Source: Candidatus Hebobacteria bacterium
GTDB lineage: Bacteria; Armatimonadota; Hebobacteria; Hebobacterales; Hebobacteraceae
Length of the DNA: 46,585 nt
Direction of reading: 5' to 3'
Assembly: GCA_029821495.1 (NCBI GenBank)
Contig: JALGTG010000003.1
Span: 1 to 46,585, forward strand
Shown here: positions 16,699-25,201 of the stretch, piece after piece
How the letters are laid out: every line of letters begins with the position of its first letter
Numbering within the stretch: the stretch's first letter is position 1
Program-made: the position numbers and the translations under genes
The notes under the pieces: generated by a model
What the model saw: only the letters and a program-made list of their open reading frames with translations
Told to the model about the DNA's origin: nothing
The model's database searches: none

Positions 16699-17181
16699 GA
16701 ACAGAAGGCGGTGCCCGGAACGGAACGTAGGTGCGCCGTCTTTGGACGGCGGCGGCCTCGGGTAGGACGCATGGACCGGCACAAAGTGAGCGCTGGGTCA
16801 GGCGCCCCAGCGCCATCATTCTGTGTTCTCTAAGGCGCCATGCGGTGTCGACGCACGTTCTGTGGCGGATGGGAGGAGGATGGGGGCAGCAAGTTAAGGA
16901 CTTGGCACTCGTGAGAGGGTTGGTCACGAGAGTTTGTGAATACAAGGACAGAGCCCCTGTTGGATGCTCGCGGAGCAACGGGCGGATGCCAGTTGCCTGC
17001 TGGGCGTCGCGTACGTCATTGCTGCTCGGCTGCGCCGACTTCTTTTCCTCCGTGCGCGCACCGCGGAGAGGCCCCTCGTGACGTTCCCGGGTTCGGGGAA
17101 GTACCACCTTGCCGCCTGCACTGGCCTGCCGGCGTGACCCCGGCGCGACGCTCTTGACGGCCGGAGGGAGGATATAGAGCC

Positions 17182-19206
17182 TTGGCTGAACTCGCGACAG
17201 TTTGTCCGTTTTGTGGCTGCGGGTGCGGTCTTTACCTGCACGTTATAGACGACGTAGTGGTCGGCGTCTCGCCGAGCCGGGCGCATCCGATCTCGCAGGG
17301 CCGGTTGTGCGTGAAGGGATGGCATGCACACGAAATGGTGGACAATCCCCAGCGGCTGACCCACCCGCTGGTGCGACGGGGCGATGAACTGGTGGAGGCT
17401 TCTTGGGAGGAGGCCGTTGAGGTCGCGGCCAACGGGCTGAGGAAGGTGGCGGACTCGGCGGGGGCACAGGCCATCGGGGTGTTGGGTTCGGCCCGTTGCA
17501 CCAATGAAGCTAACTACGTCTTGGTGCGTTTCGCGCGCGGAACCTTGGGAACACCGAGCATCGACTGCAGCCAGCGCATACACTCTGTCCCGGAGGTCGC
17601 GCTGAACGCGGGCAATTCCCGCCCGGGTCTGGATACCGGGCAGATTGCGGACCTGGACGAGAGCGATCTCATCCTGCTGGTGGGGAGCGATCCGACGGAG
17701 GAGCATCCGGCGGTCGCGGCGCGGGTCTACCGCGCGCGCCAGCGCGGGGCGCGGGTCATCAGTGTCTCCACGCGGACACACCCGCTGGCAGCGCTGGCTG
17801 ATGTGCATCTCCCGGTGCGCCCGGGTGGGGAGCTGAAGCTGCTGGGGAGCATTCTCCACGTGCTGCTGGTAGAGCAGGGAATGGCGGGGGACGCCGATGT
17901 GTCGGGCCTTCCTGAGCTGCGCGCGAGTGTGGCCGACCTGCCGCCCGAGGAAACACAGGCTGCGACGAGCGTGCCGGCGGAAGCAGTGCGGGAGGCGGCC
18001 CTACTGTATGCCTCCTCGAAGCGTGCGACTGTCGTGTACTCGACGGGGCTGGCGCTCTCGCTCCATGCCAGCGCGGCCGCGCAGAGCCTGGAGAACCTGG
18101 CTGCGCTGGGCGCTTCCGGTGCCGGCCCGAAGGCTACGGTGCTCGGGCTGCTGAGTCGGAACAACCTCCAGGGCTGTCGAGATATGGGAGTGGCGCCCGA
18201 CTTGCTGCCCGGCTACACCGCGCTCGGCGATGATGCAGCCGTTGAGAAACTCGAGCGGGCCTGGCGGTGCGAGCTGAACCGGGAAACCGGCCTCGCGTCC
18301 TGGCAGATGATGGGCAAGGCGCGGGCGATGTACATCATGGGCGATGACATCACGCGTACGATGCCTGGCGCAGGTGTCGCGCGTGAGGCCCTGGCGTCGC
18401 TGGACTTCCTCGTGGTCCAGGATATCTTCATGAGCCCGGCCGCGGCGATGGCGGATGTTGTGCTGCCGGCCGCAGCCTTTGCGGAGCAGGATGGGACCTG
18501 GACCAATCTGGAGCGTCGGGTGCAGAGGATTCATCGTGCGGTGTCGCCGCCCGGGGAGGCGCGGGAGGATTGGCGCATCGTCGCCGGTGTGAGCGGGGCG
18601 ATGGGCAAGCCCATATCATATGAGGACGCGCAGCAGATATTCGAGGAGATCAAGGATCTGCTGCCGGTCTATGCCGGAGTCTTCTACCCGCCGCTGGCGG
18701 TGAACGGCGGCATCCGCTGGCCCACGGCGCAGCCACGTGATGCCGGCGGCGCGCCCGCGGCACGGGAGAAGATCGGAGTGGCAGCGCCTCCTGAGGACGC
18801 CCTGAAGGAATCGGCGGCGGGCGCGGAAACGAGCGACGAGTATCCGCTGTTGATGGCGGCAGATCCCACGCTGCGACCGTGGGATGGCGAGGTCACGGTC
18901 TGTCACACGCTCACGGCGGCGGGCGAGTTCACGGTCATGGATCAGGACTATCCGGACGGAATGCTCTGTCTGAACCCGGAGGACGCGAAGCGCTTCGAGG
19001 TGCGAGGAGGGCGCCCGGCGCGGGTCGTATCGGCGACGGGCGAGGGTCAGATGCAGGTGCGAGTGACAGACGAAGTGCCTCGCGGGATCGCGCTCGTGCC
19101 GTACAATCAGGCCGCTCGGAGCGGGCCGATGGAGGTCTCGAGTCAGCCGGTCAGTGGGCGGCCGGTGCTGGCGCCGACTCCGATCTCGGTCGGTCCGGTG
19201 CAGTGA
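17182..19206 (+). CDS. Molybdopterin oxidoreductase, formate dehydrogenase alpha (FdhF/FdhA)-like, cytoplasmic, without the catalytic Sec/Cys
   Basis: N-terminal 4Fe-4S motif CPFCGCGCGLYL...QGRLCVKGW. MGD-binding regions are present (GSARCTNEANYVLVRFAR, DLILLVGSDPTEEHP, YIMGDD, LDFLVVQDIFMSPAAAMADVVLPAAAFAEQDGTWTN). The C-terminal MopB_CT-like domain is present (LCLNPEDAKRFEVRGGRPARVVSATGEGQMQVRVTD). No Tat signal. TTG start with GGAGGGAGG upstream. Confidence 0.85.
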   Translation: MAELATVCPFCGCGCGLYLHVIDDVVVGVSPSRAHPISQGRLCVKGWHAHEMVDNPQRLTHPLVRRGDELVEASWEEAVEVAANGLRKVADSAGAQAIGVLGSARCTNEANYVLVRFARGTLGTPSIDCSQRIHSVPEVALNAGNSRPGLDTGQIADLDESDLILLVGSDPTEEHPAVAARVYRARQRGARVISVSTRTHPLAALADVHLPVRPGGELKLLGSILHVLLVEQGMAGDADVSGLPELRASVADLPPEETQAATSVPAEAVREAALLYASSKRATVVYSTGLALSLHASAAAQSLENLAALGASGAGPKATVLGLLSRNNLQGCRDMGVAPDLLPGYTALGDDAAVEKLERAWRCELNRETGLASWQMMGKARAMYIMGDDITRTMPGAGVAREALASLDFLVVQDIFMSPAAAMADVVLPAAAFAEQDGTWTNLERRVQRIHRAVSPPGEAREDWRIVAGVSGAMGKPISYEDAQQIFEEIKDLLPVYAGVFYPPLAVNGGIRWPTAQPRDAGGAPAAREKIGVAAPPEDALKESAAGAETSDEYPLLMAADPTLRPWDGEVTVCHTLTAAGEFTVMDQDYPDGMLCLNPEDAKRFEVRGGRPARVVSATGEGQMQVRVTDEVPRGIALVPYNQAARSGPMEVSSQPVSGRPVLAPTPISVGPVQ

Positions 19207-19247
19207 GGGCCGAGGAGAATGGCTTGGGGAGGAACGGAGGAGTGCCG

Positions 19248-20288
19248 ATGACGGCCCGAATGCTGCCAAAGAACCGAATAGAGGAGTTTGTGGGGCGGCT
19301 GCTCGAGCAAGCGGAGGTGGTGGCTCCGCGGCGGGTAGAGGTGGGAGACGTGTTCTACGGCGCAGTTGCCTCTGCGGAGGAGGTGGCATGGGACTACGGA
19401 CATGCGGTGGAGCCGCTCAAGCGGTTCCTGCTGCCGCAGCGGGAGACGATGCTGCGCTATTCGACTGGCGACAAGGTGCGGGTCGAGGCCGAGTTGGATG
19501 AGCAGGAGCGGGTCTTCCTCGGGATACGCTGCTGTGACGTGACGGGGATTGGGGTGCTGGATGCAATGTTCGGCGGCGATACGCCTGATCCGTACTACAT
19601 GAGCCGACGTGAGCGCTCGACTGTCATCGCGCTCACCTGCCTGCAGGCGCCGGATGAGACTTGCTTCTGTGTGTGTTGCGATGCCGGCCCGTTCCTGGCC
19701 AAGGGCTATGACCAGCAGTGGACATCCCTGCCGGAGGGGATGCTGGTGGAGGTCGGTTCCGAACGCGGCGAGGCCCTCGTCCGTTCCAACGACGACCTGT
19801 TCGATGAGGCCTCCGTGGATCAAGTCGCCGCGCGCTACCGCTTGGCGCGAGAGGCGGAGCAGACGTTTGGGGACTTCAAGTCCTACATTGCAGGCGCGAT
19901 GAGCAAGCTCTCCATGAACGAGGTGGATCCAAAGGTGTGGGAGCAAGCCGCGCTGCGGTGTATGGAGTGTGGGGGCTGCACTTATCTATGCCCGACATGC
20001 TCTTGCTTCACGGTGACGGATCGAATGGAGGATTCGAGCGGGGTTCGCGAGCGCCACTGGGACGCCTGTCTATACAGCTGCTACGCCCGCGAGGCCAGTG
20101 GGCACAACCCGCGACCGGAGCGAGAGGATCGGCTGCGGGCCCGGTTCTTCCACAAGATCAGCTATCAGTGGGCCCAGCGCAACGGCCGGCAAGCGTGTGT
20201 GGGCTGCGGCCGCTGCGTGGTGGGCTGCATGGCCTGGGCGCACATGCCGGCGATTACGGAAGGGATTCGGCGAGGTGTGATGACGTGA
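19248..20288 (+). CDS. 4Fe-4S dicluster protein, sulfhydrogenase beta (HydB) / anaerobic sulfite reductase AsrA-like
   Basis: CMECGGCTYLCPTCSCF and CVGCGRCVVGC cluster motifs plus a Cys-rich CFCVCCD segment. Overall layout is as in HydB/AsrA. ATG 19248 with GGAGG 7 nt upstream. The ORF-track N-terminal extension overlaps the previous gene. Confidence 0.7.
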   Translation: MTARMLPKNRIEEFVGRLLEQAEVVAPRRVEVGDVFYGAVASAEEVAWDYGHAVEPLKRFLLPQRETMLRYSTGDKVRVEAELDEQERVFLGIRCCDVTGIGVLDAMFGGDTPDPYYMSRRERSTVIALTCLQAPDETCFCVCCDAGPFLAKGYDQQWTSLPEGMLVEVGSERGEALVRSNDDLFDEASVDQVAARYRLAREAEQTFGDFKSYIAGAMSKLSMNEVDPKVWEQAALRCMECGGCTYLCPTCSCFTVTDRMEDSSGVRERHWDACLYSCYAREASGHNPRPEREDRLRARFFHKISYQWAQRNGRQACVGCGRCVVGCMAWAHMPAITEGIRRGVMT

Positions 20289-21115
20289 ACAACCCGTATC
20301 TGCCGAAACTGGCGACCATCGAGAAGGTGAAGACGGAGACCTACGACACGACCACCTTCACCTTGAGGCTGGACGATCCGGAGGAGCGGAAGGCGTTTCA
20401 GCACCGGCCGGGGCAGTTCGTAGAGCTGTCTGTGTTCGGCGCCGGGGAGGCTCCCTTCTGTATTGCCTCGAGTGGGCATGGGCGAGATACGTTCGACCTC
20501 AGCGTTAGAAAGGTCGGCCACGTTACCGGTGCCCTGCATGAGATGGGCGAAGGCGGCCAGGTGGGGATTCGCGGACCGCTGGGGAACTCGTTCCCCTTCG
20601 AGGAGGTAGCCGGCAAGCACATCCTGTTCGTAGGCGGCGGAATAGGCCTGTTCCCCCTGCGGCCTCAGATACAGGAGGTGTGCCGGGAGGCTGATCGCTT
20701 CGCGGCGATCACGGTTCTCTACGGCGCTCGCACGCCGGAGGATCTCGTCTATCGGGAGGAGCTGGACCGGTGGCAGCAGCAGGAGGGAATGACCTGCCTG
20801 CTGACCGTGGACACTGCGAGCGATGGATGGACCGGGAACGTGGGGGTGGTTGGGACGCTGCTGACCAAGATCGAGATAGACGTCAGCAACGCGGTGGCAT
20901 TCGTCTGCGGGCCGCCAATCATGATTCGGTTCGTGGTGCAGGATCTCTCCAATATGGGATTCGGGGAGAACGCCATAGTAACGACACTTGAGCGCCACAT
21001 GAGGTGTGGCATTGGGAAGTGCAACCACTGCATGATCGGCGACAAGTGGGTGTGCAAGGACGGGCCGGTCTTCACCTACGGGCAAATGAGGGAGATGACG
21101 GAGTTCGAGGAGTGA
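20285..21115 (+). CDS. FAD/NAD(P)-binding 2Fe-2S oxidoreductase, sulfhydrogenase gamma (HydG) / AsrB / PyrK-like
   Basis: Ferredoxin-reductase-type fold: RPGQFVELSV, FCIASS, LFVGGGIGLFPLRP (nucleotide-binding). C-terminal 2Fe-2S motif CGIGKCNHCMIGDKWVCKDGPVF. GTG 20285 overlaps the upstream stop (GTGA). Confidence 0.75.
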   Translation: MNNPYLPKLATIEKVKTETYDTTTFTLRLDDPEERKAFQHRPGQFVELSVFGAGEAPFCIASSGHGRDTFDLSVRKVGHVTGALHEMGEGGQVGIRGPLGNSFPFEEVAGKHILFVGGGIGLFPLRPQIQEVCREADRFAAITVLYGARTPEDLVYREELDRWQQQEGMTCLLTVDTASDGWTGNVGVVGTLLTKIEIDVSNAVAFVCGPPIMIRFVVQDLSNMGFGENAIVTTLERHMRCGIGKCNHCMIGDKWVCKDGPVFTYGQMREMTEFEE

Positions 21116-21621
21116 TTCGCGGGGATTGCGTAGAGAGCGCGCTGGCCGATTGGCTGCAGGGCCCGGCTCTGATTCTGGGCGTCGGTAACCCGCTGCGGGG
21201 CGACGACGCGGTCGGCCCGGAGGTGTGTGCGCGCATGGAATCGCCCAACGCGGTAGACTGCGGCGATGCCCCCGAGCGGTATCTGGGCCTCGCCGCTGAC
21301 GCGGCCGTGGGCAGGGTGCTGATCGTTGACGCCATGGATTTCGGTGGGGAGGCGGGGGAGATCGCGTTCTGCAGAGCTGAGGATCTGGTGGAGAGATTCG
21401 GAACAACTCACGACTCCGGCCTTGCAGTGCTGAGTCGGTATGTCGAAGCTGAGCACGGCAAGCCGGTCGCCGTGCTGGGGATACAGCCCTGTGACACGCG
21501 ATTCGGCGCCGACGTGAGCGCAGCGGCGCTAGCTGCCATCGAGAAGGTCAGCGCCTGGTTACGTAGGATCACTTCGCAGTGGAAGCGGGGGGAAATGGAG
21601 GCAGCATGGAGCCGCTCGTAG
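21112..21621 (+). CDS. hycI: Hydrogenase maturation endopeptidase (HycI type)
   Basis: ILGVGNPLRGDDAVGPEV, RVLIVDAMDFGGEAGEI, TTHDSGL and VLGIQP align along the length of E. coli HycI as I recall it. GTG 21112 overlaps the upstream stop (GTGA). Confidence 0.85.
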   Translation: MIRGDCVESALADWLQGPALILGVGNPLRGDDAVGPEVCARMESPNAVDCGDAPERYLGLAADAAVGRVLIVDAMDFGGEAGEIAFCRAEDLVERFGTTHDSGLAVLSRYVEAEHGKPVAVLGIQPCDTRFGADVSAAALAAIEKVSAWLRRITSQWKRGEMEAAWSRS

Positions 21622-23060
21622 TCACGCTGCTCGTTCTTCCGTTCATTGGTGCTCTGGTATGCGGGGTGCTTCCGCGGGGGGCCAAGCTCGTGGCGGCCTT
21701 GGTGTCCGCGGCGGTCGGCGGGCTGGCCATCGGCGTGGCCTGGGGCGCCTATCCCGGGCACTGGGCGATCCTGTACGGTCGTCTGCCGTGGCTGCCCGGG
21801 AGCCTGGGTGAGACTCCGCTCTTCGGCTTCCTGATCGATCCGCTGAGCAGCTTGATGGTGCTTCTCGTTACAGTGGTCGGCTTCATGGTCGTGCTGTACT
21901 CGGGGGAGTACCTCAGCGCGAAGAACGCCGAACACGCTTACCGGGGCGGGGACAATCGCTACTACTTCTGGCTGCTGTTCTTCCTCGGCTCCATGGTTGG
22001 GCTGGCGTTTTCGCCCAACCTGCTGCAGATGTTCATCTTCTGGGAGATGACCACGCTCTCTTCGTGGGCGCTCATCTCTCACACCCACACCAATGTCGCA
22101 CAGCGGGCCGGCATGAAGGCTCTGGTTCTCACCCATGTTGGGGGGCTGGGCTTTCTGATCGCGCTGTGCCTGCTCTTCGTCTTCGCAGGGGGATTCGGGT
22201 TTGAGTCTCTGGGCCGCTTGGGAGCGGGGATGCGGGGGGCGGCCTTCATCCTCATGCTCGTCGCGGCCTGGGCGAAGTCGGCGCAGGTTCCGTTCCACAC
22301 GTGGCTTCCGGACGCTATGGAGGCGCCGACCCCCATCAGCGCCTATCTGCATGCAGCCGCGATGGTGAAGGCCGGCGTTTATCTGGTGGCTCGCTTGCTG
22401 ACCTCCGCATGGGAGGTGCCGCTATACGCCGCACTTGTGGTGGCGATAATGGCGATCGTGACGATCTTCATGGCCATCGTCAGCTACTTCCGACAGGATG
22501 ACTTGAAGCGATTGCTTGCCTACTCGACAATCGCGCACCTTGGATATGTGCTGGTGGGCTGTGCGCTCGGGGCCTTGGGGTCCCGAGTCGCCACTCAGGG
22601 TGCGATCCTTCACATCCTGTGTCACGGCGTCGCCAAGGGCACGCTCTTCCTCTGCGTCGGGGCGATAGCGTATGGGGCGGGCACTCGCCGGATCAGCCAG
22701 CTCAGTGGCTTGGCGTCGAAGATGCCCCTGGTGGCGACGGCCTTCATCGTGGGCGCGATCGCCGTTACCGGGATGCCGCCCTTCTCTACGTTCTGGAGCA
22801 AGTTCCTGATCTTCAGTGGGGCACTGGAGGTGTCCAACGGCGCTATCGTGCTCGTGTTGCTGGCGGCCGAGAGCGTCATCAGCTTCGCCTGGTTCATGGT
22901 GGTGGCCCAGAAGGTGTTCCTGGGCACCCCGTCGCCAGCCGCCGCCGGCGCGGCGGGGGATCCCCCGCCCGGGATGAGCATGGCGCTGGTGATCGGGGTG
23001 ATTCTGTGCGTTGCGGCCCCGGTTTTCGGCGTGCCGCTAGTGAAGCTAATAACGCCGTGA
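21606..23060 (+). CDS. Antiporter-like (NuoL/M/N family) membrane subunit of group 4 hydrogenase, HyfD/HyfF-like
   Basis: Polytopic. FWEMTTLSSWALI; KSAQVPFHTWLPDAMEAPTPISAYLHAAAMVKAGVYL; RLLAYSTIAHLGYV; LHILCHGVAKGTLFL. ATG 21606 with GGAGG upstream. Confidence 0.85.
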   Translation: MEPLVVTLLVLPFIGALVCGVLPRGAKLVAALVSAAVGGLAIGVAWGAYPGHWAILYGRLPWLPGSLGETPLFGFLIDPLSSLMVLLVTVVGFMVVLYSGEYLSAKNAEHAYRGGDNRYYFWLLFFLGSMVGLAFSPNLLQMFIFWEMTTLSSWALISHTHTNVAQRAGMKALVLTHVGGLGFLIALCLLFVFAGGFGFESLGRLGAGMRGAAFILMLVAAWAKSAQVPFHTWLPDAMEAPTPISAYLHAAAMVKAGVYLVARLLTSAWEVPLYAALVVAIMAIVTIFMAIVSYFRQDDLKRLLAYSTIAHLGYVLVGCALGALGSRVATQGAILHILCHGVAKGTLFLCVGAIAYGAGTRRISQLSGLASKMPLVATAFIVGAIAVTGMPPFSTFWSKFLIFSGALEVSNGAIVLVLLAAESVISFAWFMVVAQKVFLGTPSPAAAGAAGDPPPGMSMALVIGVILCVAAPVFGVPLVKLITP

Positions 23061-23088
23061 GAGGTCGGGGAATGCGAGAGGTGATAGG

Positions 23089-25176
23089 ATGAACCCCGCG
23101 CAGGTAGTCCTCATAGGTTCGGCGATCCTGGTCGTGGGAGCGGCGGCGGCCGCCCTTTCGTCGCGCTGGCGAAGTGCGGTGGGCGCACTGTCGTTCGTGT
23201 TCGCGCTTGCGGCGAGCGTGCTGGTCTTCTCGGCCGGGCTGTCAGTGCTGCTGGCCAACCGGGCGGTGACCACGGGAACGCTGGTTGACCTGCCCATGGT
23301 GGGGGCCTCGCTGACGTTCCGTATCGATCAGCTGAGCGCCCTGTTCCTGCTTGTGATCTCCCTGGTGTTGGCGCTGACCAGCCTCTACTCCATCTCCTAC
23401 ATAACGCGCTACCGCGACCAGCACCTGAGTCGATACTACCCTCTCCTCATGCTCTTCTTCGCCGGCGTCATCGGTGTTGTCTGCATGGCGGACTGGCTGT
23501 TCTTCCTCGTGTTCTGGGAGTTCATGACGATCTGCTCGTACTTCCTGGTCGTCTTCGAGAAGGAGAACCCAGTAAGTCTGCGGGCCGGTCTCAAGTACAT
23601 CATTGTCACCCACGCGGCGACAGCTCTGATGCTGATCGCTATCATTGCCGTGTGGCAGAACGCGCAGCCGCATTCCTTCAGCTTCGCTGCCGCCAAGCAG
23701 GCTGTGGGCGAGCTCGCGGTTGCCAAGCCGGCTCTACTGCATGCGCTGCTCGCGCTCTGGTTTATCGCGTTCAGCACGAAGGCAGGTGTGCTGCCCTTCG
23801 GCGACTGGCTGCCGGACGCCTATCCCGCCGCCCCCAGCTCGGCGGCGGCCGCGTTTGCAGGGACCATGACCAACCTGGGAGTGTACGGCATACTGCGGGT
23901 CTTCCTCGAACTGCTGCCGGTATCCGGGTTCAGCACGGCCTGGGGCATCGTGATCGCCGTCTTCGGCGTGGGCTCCATCTTCGTGGGAACTATCACGGCA
24001 CTCGCCCAGGATGACTCCAAGCGTATCCTGGCTTTCCAGATGATCGGGCAGATGGGCTACGTGCTGCTCGCGATCGGAACCGGGCTCTATCTGTTGCCGG
24101 TGCAGCCCGCGATAGCCATGCTTGCGTTTATGGCGGCGGTCTTCCACGTCATCAACGGTGCGTGCTACAAGCCGCTGCTGTTCTTCAACGCTGGCTCGCT
24201 ACTGCTGCGGACTGGGCAGCGTAACCTGAACCGAATGTCCGGCCTTTGGGCGGTCCTCCCGCTCACCGCGATCACCGCGCTCGTTGCCTCGCTGTCGATT
24301 GCCGGCATGCCCCCGTTCAACGGGTTCGTCAGCAAGTGGTTGATCTACCACGTCACCATTCTCGGCGCGCCTCAGCTCCCGATCTTCGTCCTCTTCGGGA
24401 TCGTGGCGCTCTTCGTCTCGTTGGTGACGCTGGCGGCATTCCTGAAGTTCCTCGGCGCCGCGTTCCTGGGGGAGAACATGCTCCCCGAGGAGCAAGCGAA
24501 GGTAGGCGATGTTCCTCTGGCCATGCAGTTGCCTCAGGTAGTGCTGGCTTGCGTGTGCGTGGGGTTCGGGTTGCTGCCGATGCTTCCATTGACGGGGATT
24601 CACCGCGCGGTGAGCGCGCTGGGGGCGTTGGAGTCGGCGCCGAGTCTGGCCGGCCTAGTGGGCAGCTCTTGGGCCGGGCTGGAGCTCTCGCTGTTCGGGG
24701 AGCAGTCGACGGGTATCTGGCTGCCGGTGGCAGGAATGGTGGCCTTGGTCCTCGCATCGCTGCTTGCCTACGGCTTCTCGCGACTGGGGGCAGCGAAGCG
24801 GCGGAGCGTCGCAGTGTGGCACTGCGGGGCCCTGGTTGATGGCGAGAGGGCGCGCTATCTAGTTGTCGAGCCCAAGACCGAGCCGGCCACCGCTGAGTTC
24901 GAGTCTCGCTATCAGGCGCACGGGCTGTACGGCGCGTTCAAAGAGGCATTCCAGAGCATCTATCCCACCGTGAAGCTGCCGCGCGTGCCCTATCCGCGAA
25001 CGCTGATGAGCGCCTTCGACGCCGACAACTGGCTCTTCCAGCCCATGCTGCGGGCGGGGGATTGGCTGACGCAGCGTTTCAGCCGGACTCACTCGGGCGT
25101 ACCGCAGCAGTATCTGATCTGGCAGCTTGTCGGCCTCGCGGTGGTGTTGGTCGCAATTGCGCTATGGGCGCGCTAG
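23089..25176 (+). CDS. hyfB: Antiporter-like membrane subunit with C-terminal extension, HyfB/HycC-like
   Basis: 695 aa. FWEFMTICSYFLV; KAGVLPFGDWLPDAYPAAPSSAAAAFAGTMTNLGVYG; RILAFQMIGQMGYV. The long C-terminal region is as in HyfB/HycC. Confidence 0.8.
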   Translation: MNPAQVVLIGSAILVVGAAAAALSSRWRSAVGALSFVFALAASVLVFSAGLSVLLANRAVTTGTLVDLPMVGASLTFRIDQLSALFLLVISLVLALTSLYSISYITRYRDQHLSRYYPLLMLFFAGVIGVVCMADWLFFLVFWEFMTICSYFLVVFEKENPVSLRAGLKYIIVTHAATALMLIAIIAVWQNAQPHSFSFAAAKQAVGELAVAKPALLHALLALWFIAFSTKAGVLPFGDWLPDAYPAAPSSAAAAFAGTMTNLGVYGILRVFLELLPVSGFSTAWGIVIAVFGVGSIFVGTITALAQDDSKRILAFQMIGQMGYVLLAIGTGLYLLPVQPAIAMLAFMAAVFHVINGACYKPLLFFNAGSLLLRTGQRNLNRMSGLWAVLPLTAITALVASLSIAGMPPFNGFVSKWLIYHVTILGAPQLPIFVLFGIVALFVSLVTLAAFLKFLGAAFLGENMLPEEQAKVGDVPLAMQLPQVVLACVCVGFGLLPMLPLTGIHRAVSALGALESAPSLAGLVGSSWAGLELSLFGEQSTGIWLPVAGMVALVLASLLAYGFSRLGAAKRRSVAVWHCGALVDGERARYLVVEPKTEPATAEFESRYQAHGLYGAFKEAFQSIYPTVKLPRVPYPRTLMSAFDADNWLFQPMLRAGDWLTQRFSRTHSGVPQQYLIWQLVGLAVVLVAIALWAR

Positions 25177-25201
25177 GGTGAGGGGAAGGGAGACACATGA
25201 T

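Noticed and set aside
16903-16920. TGGCAC hexamer suggesting a sigma54 (-24) promoter, as used by E. coli hyc/hyf operons
   Set aside because: The -12 element is missing. The sequence reads TGGCAC-tcgtg-AGAGG instead of TGGCAC-N5-TTGC.
17182-19206. Possible selenocysteine (in-frame TGA plus SECIS) in the FdhA-like gene
   Set aside because: The ORF is uninterrupted for 674 codons and the active-site position is encoded by cac (His), so there is no recoding.
18879-19247. N-terminal 123 codons of ORF 18879..20288, Gly/Arg-rich and overlapping the FdhA-like gene
   Set aside because: It overlaps a well-supported CDS in another frame. A good SD plus ATG occurs at 19248, where HydB/AsrA-like sequence begins. 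Similar artefactual extensions were trimmed at 19937, 21004, 21579, 25127, 33805 and 40519.
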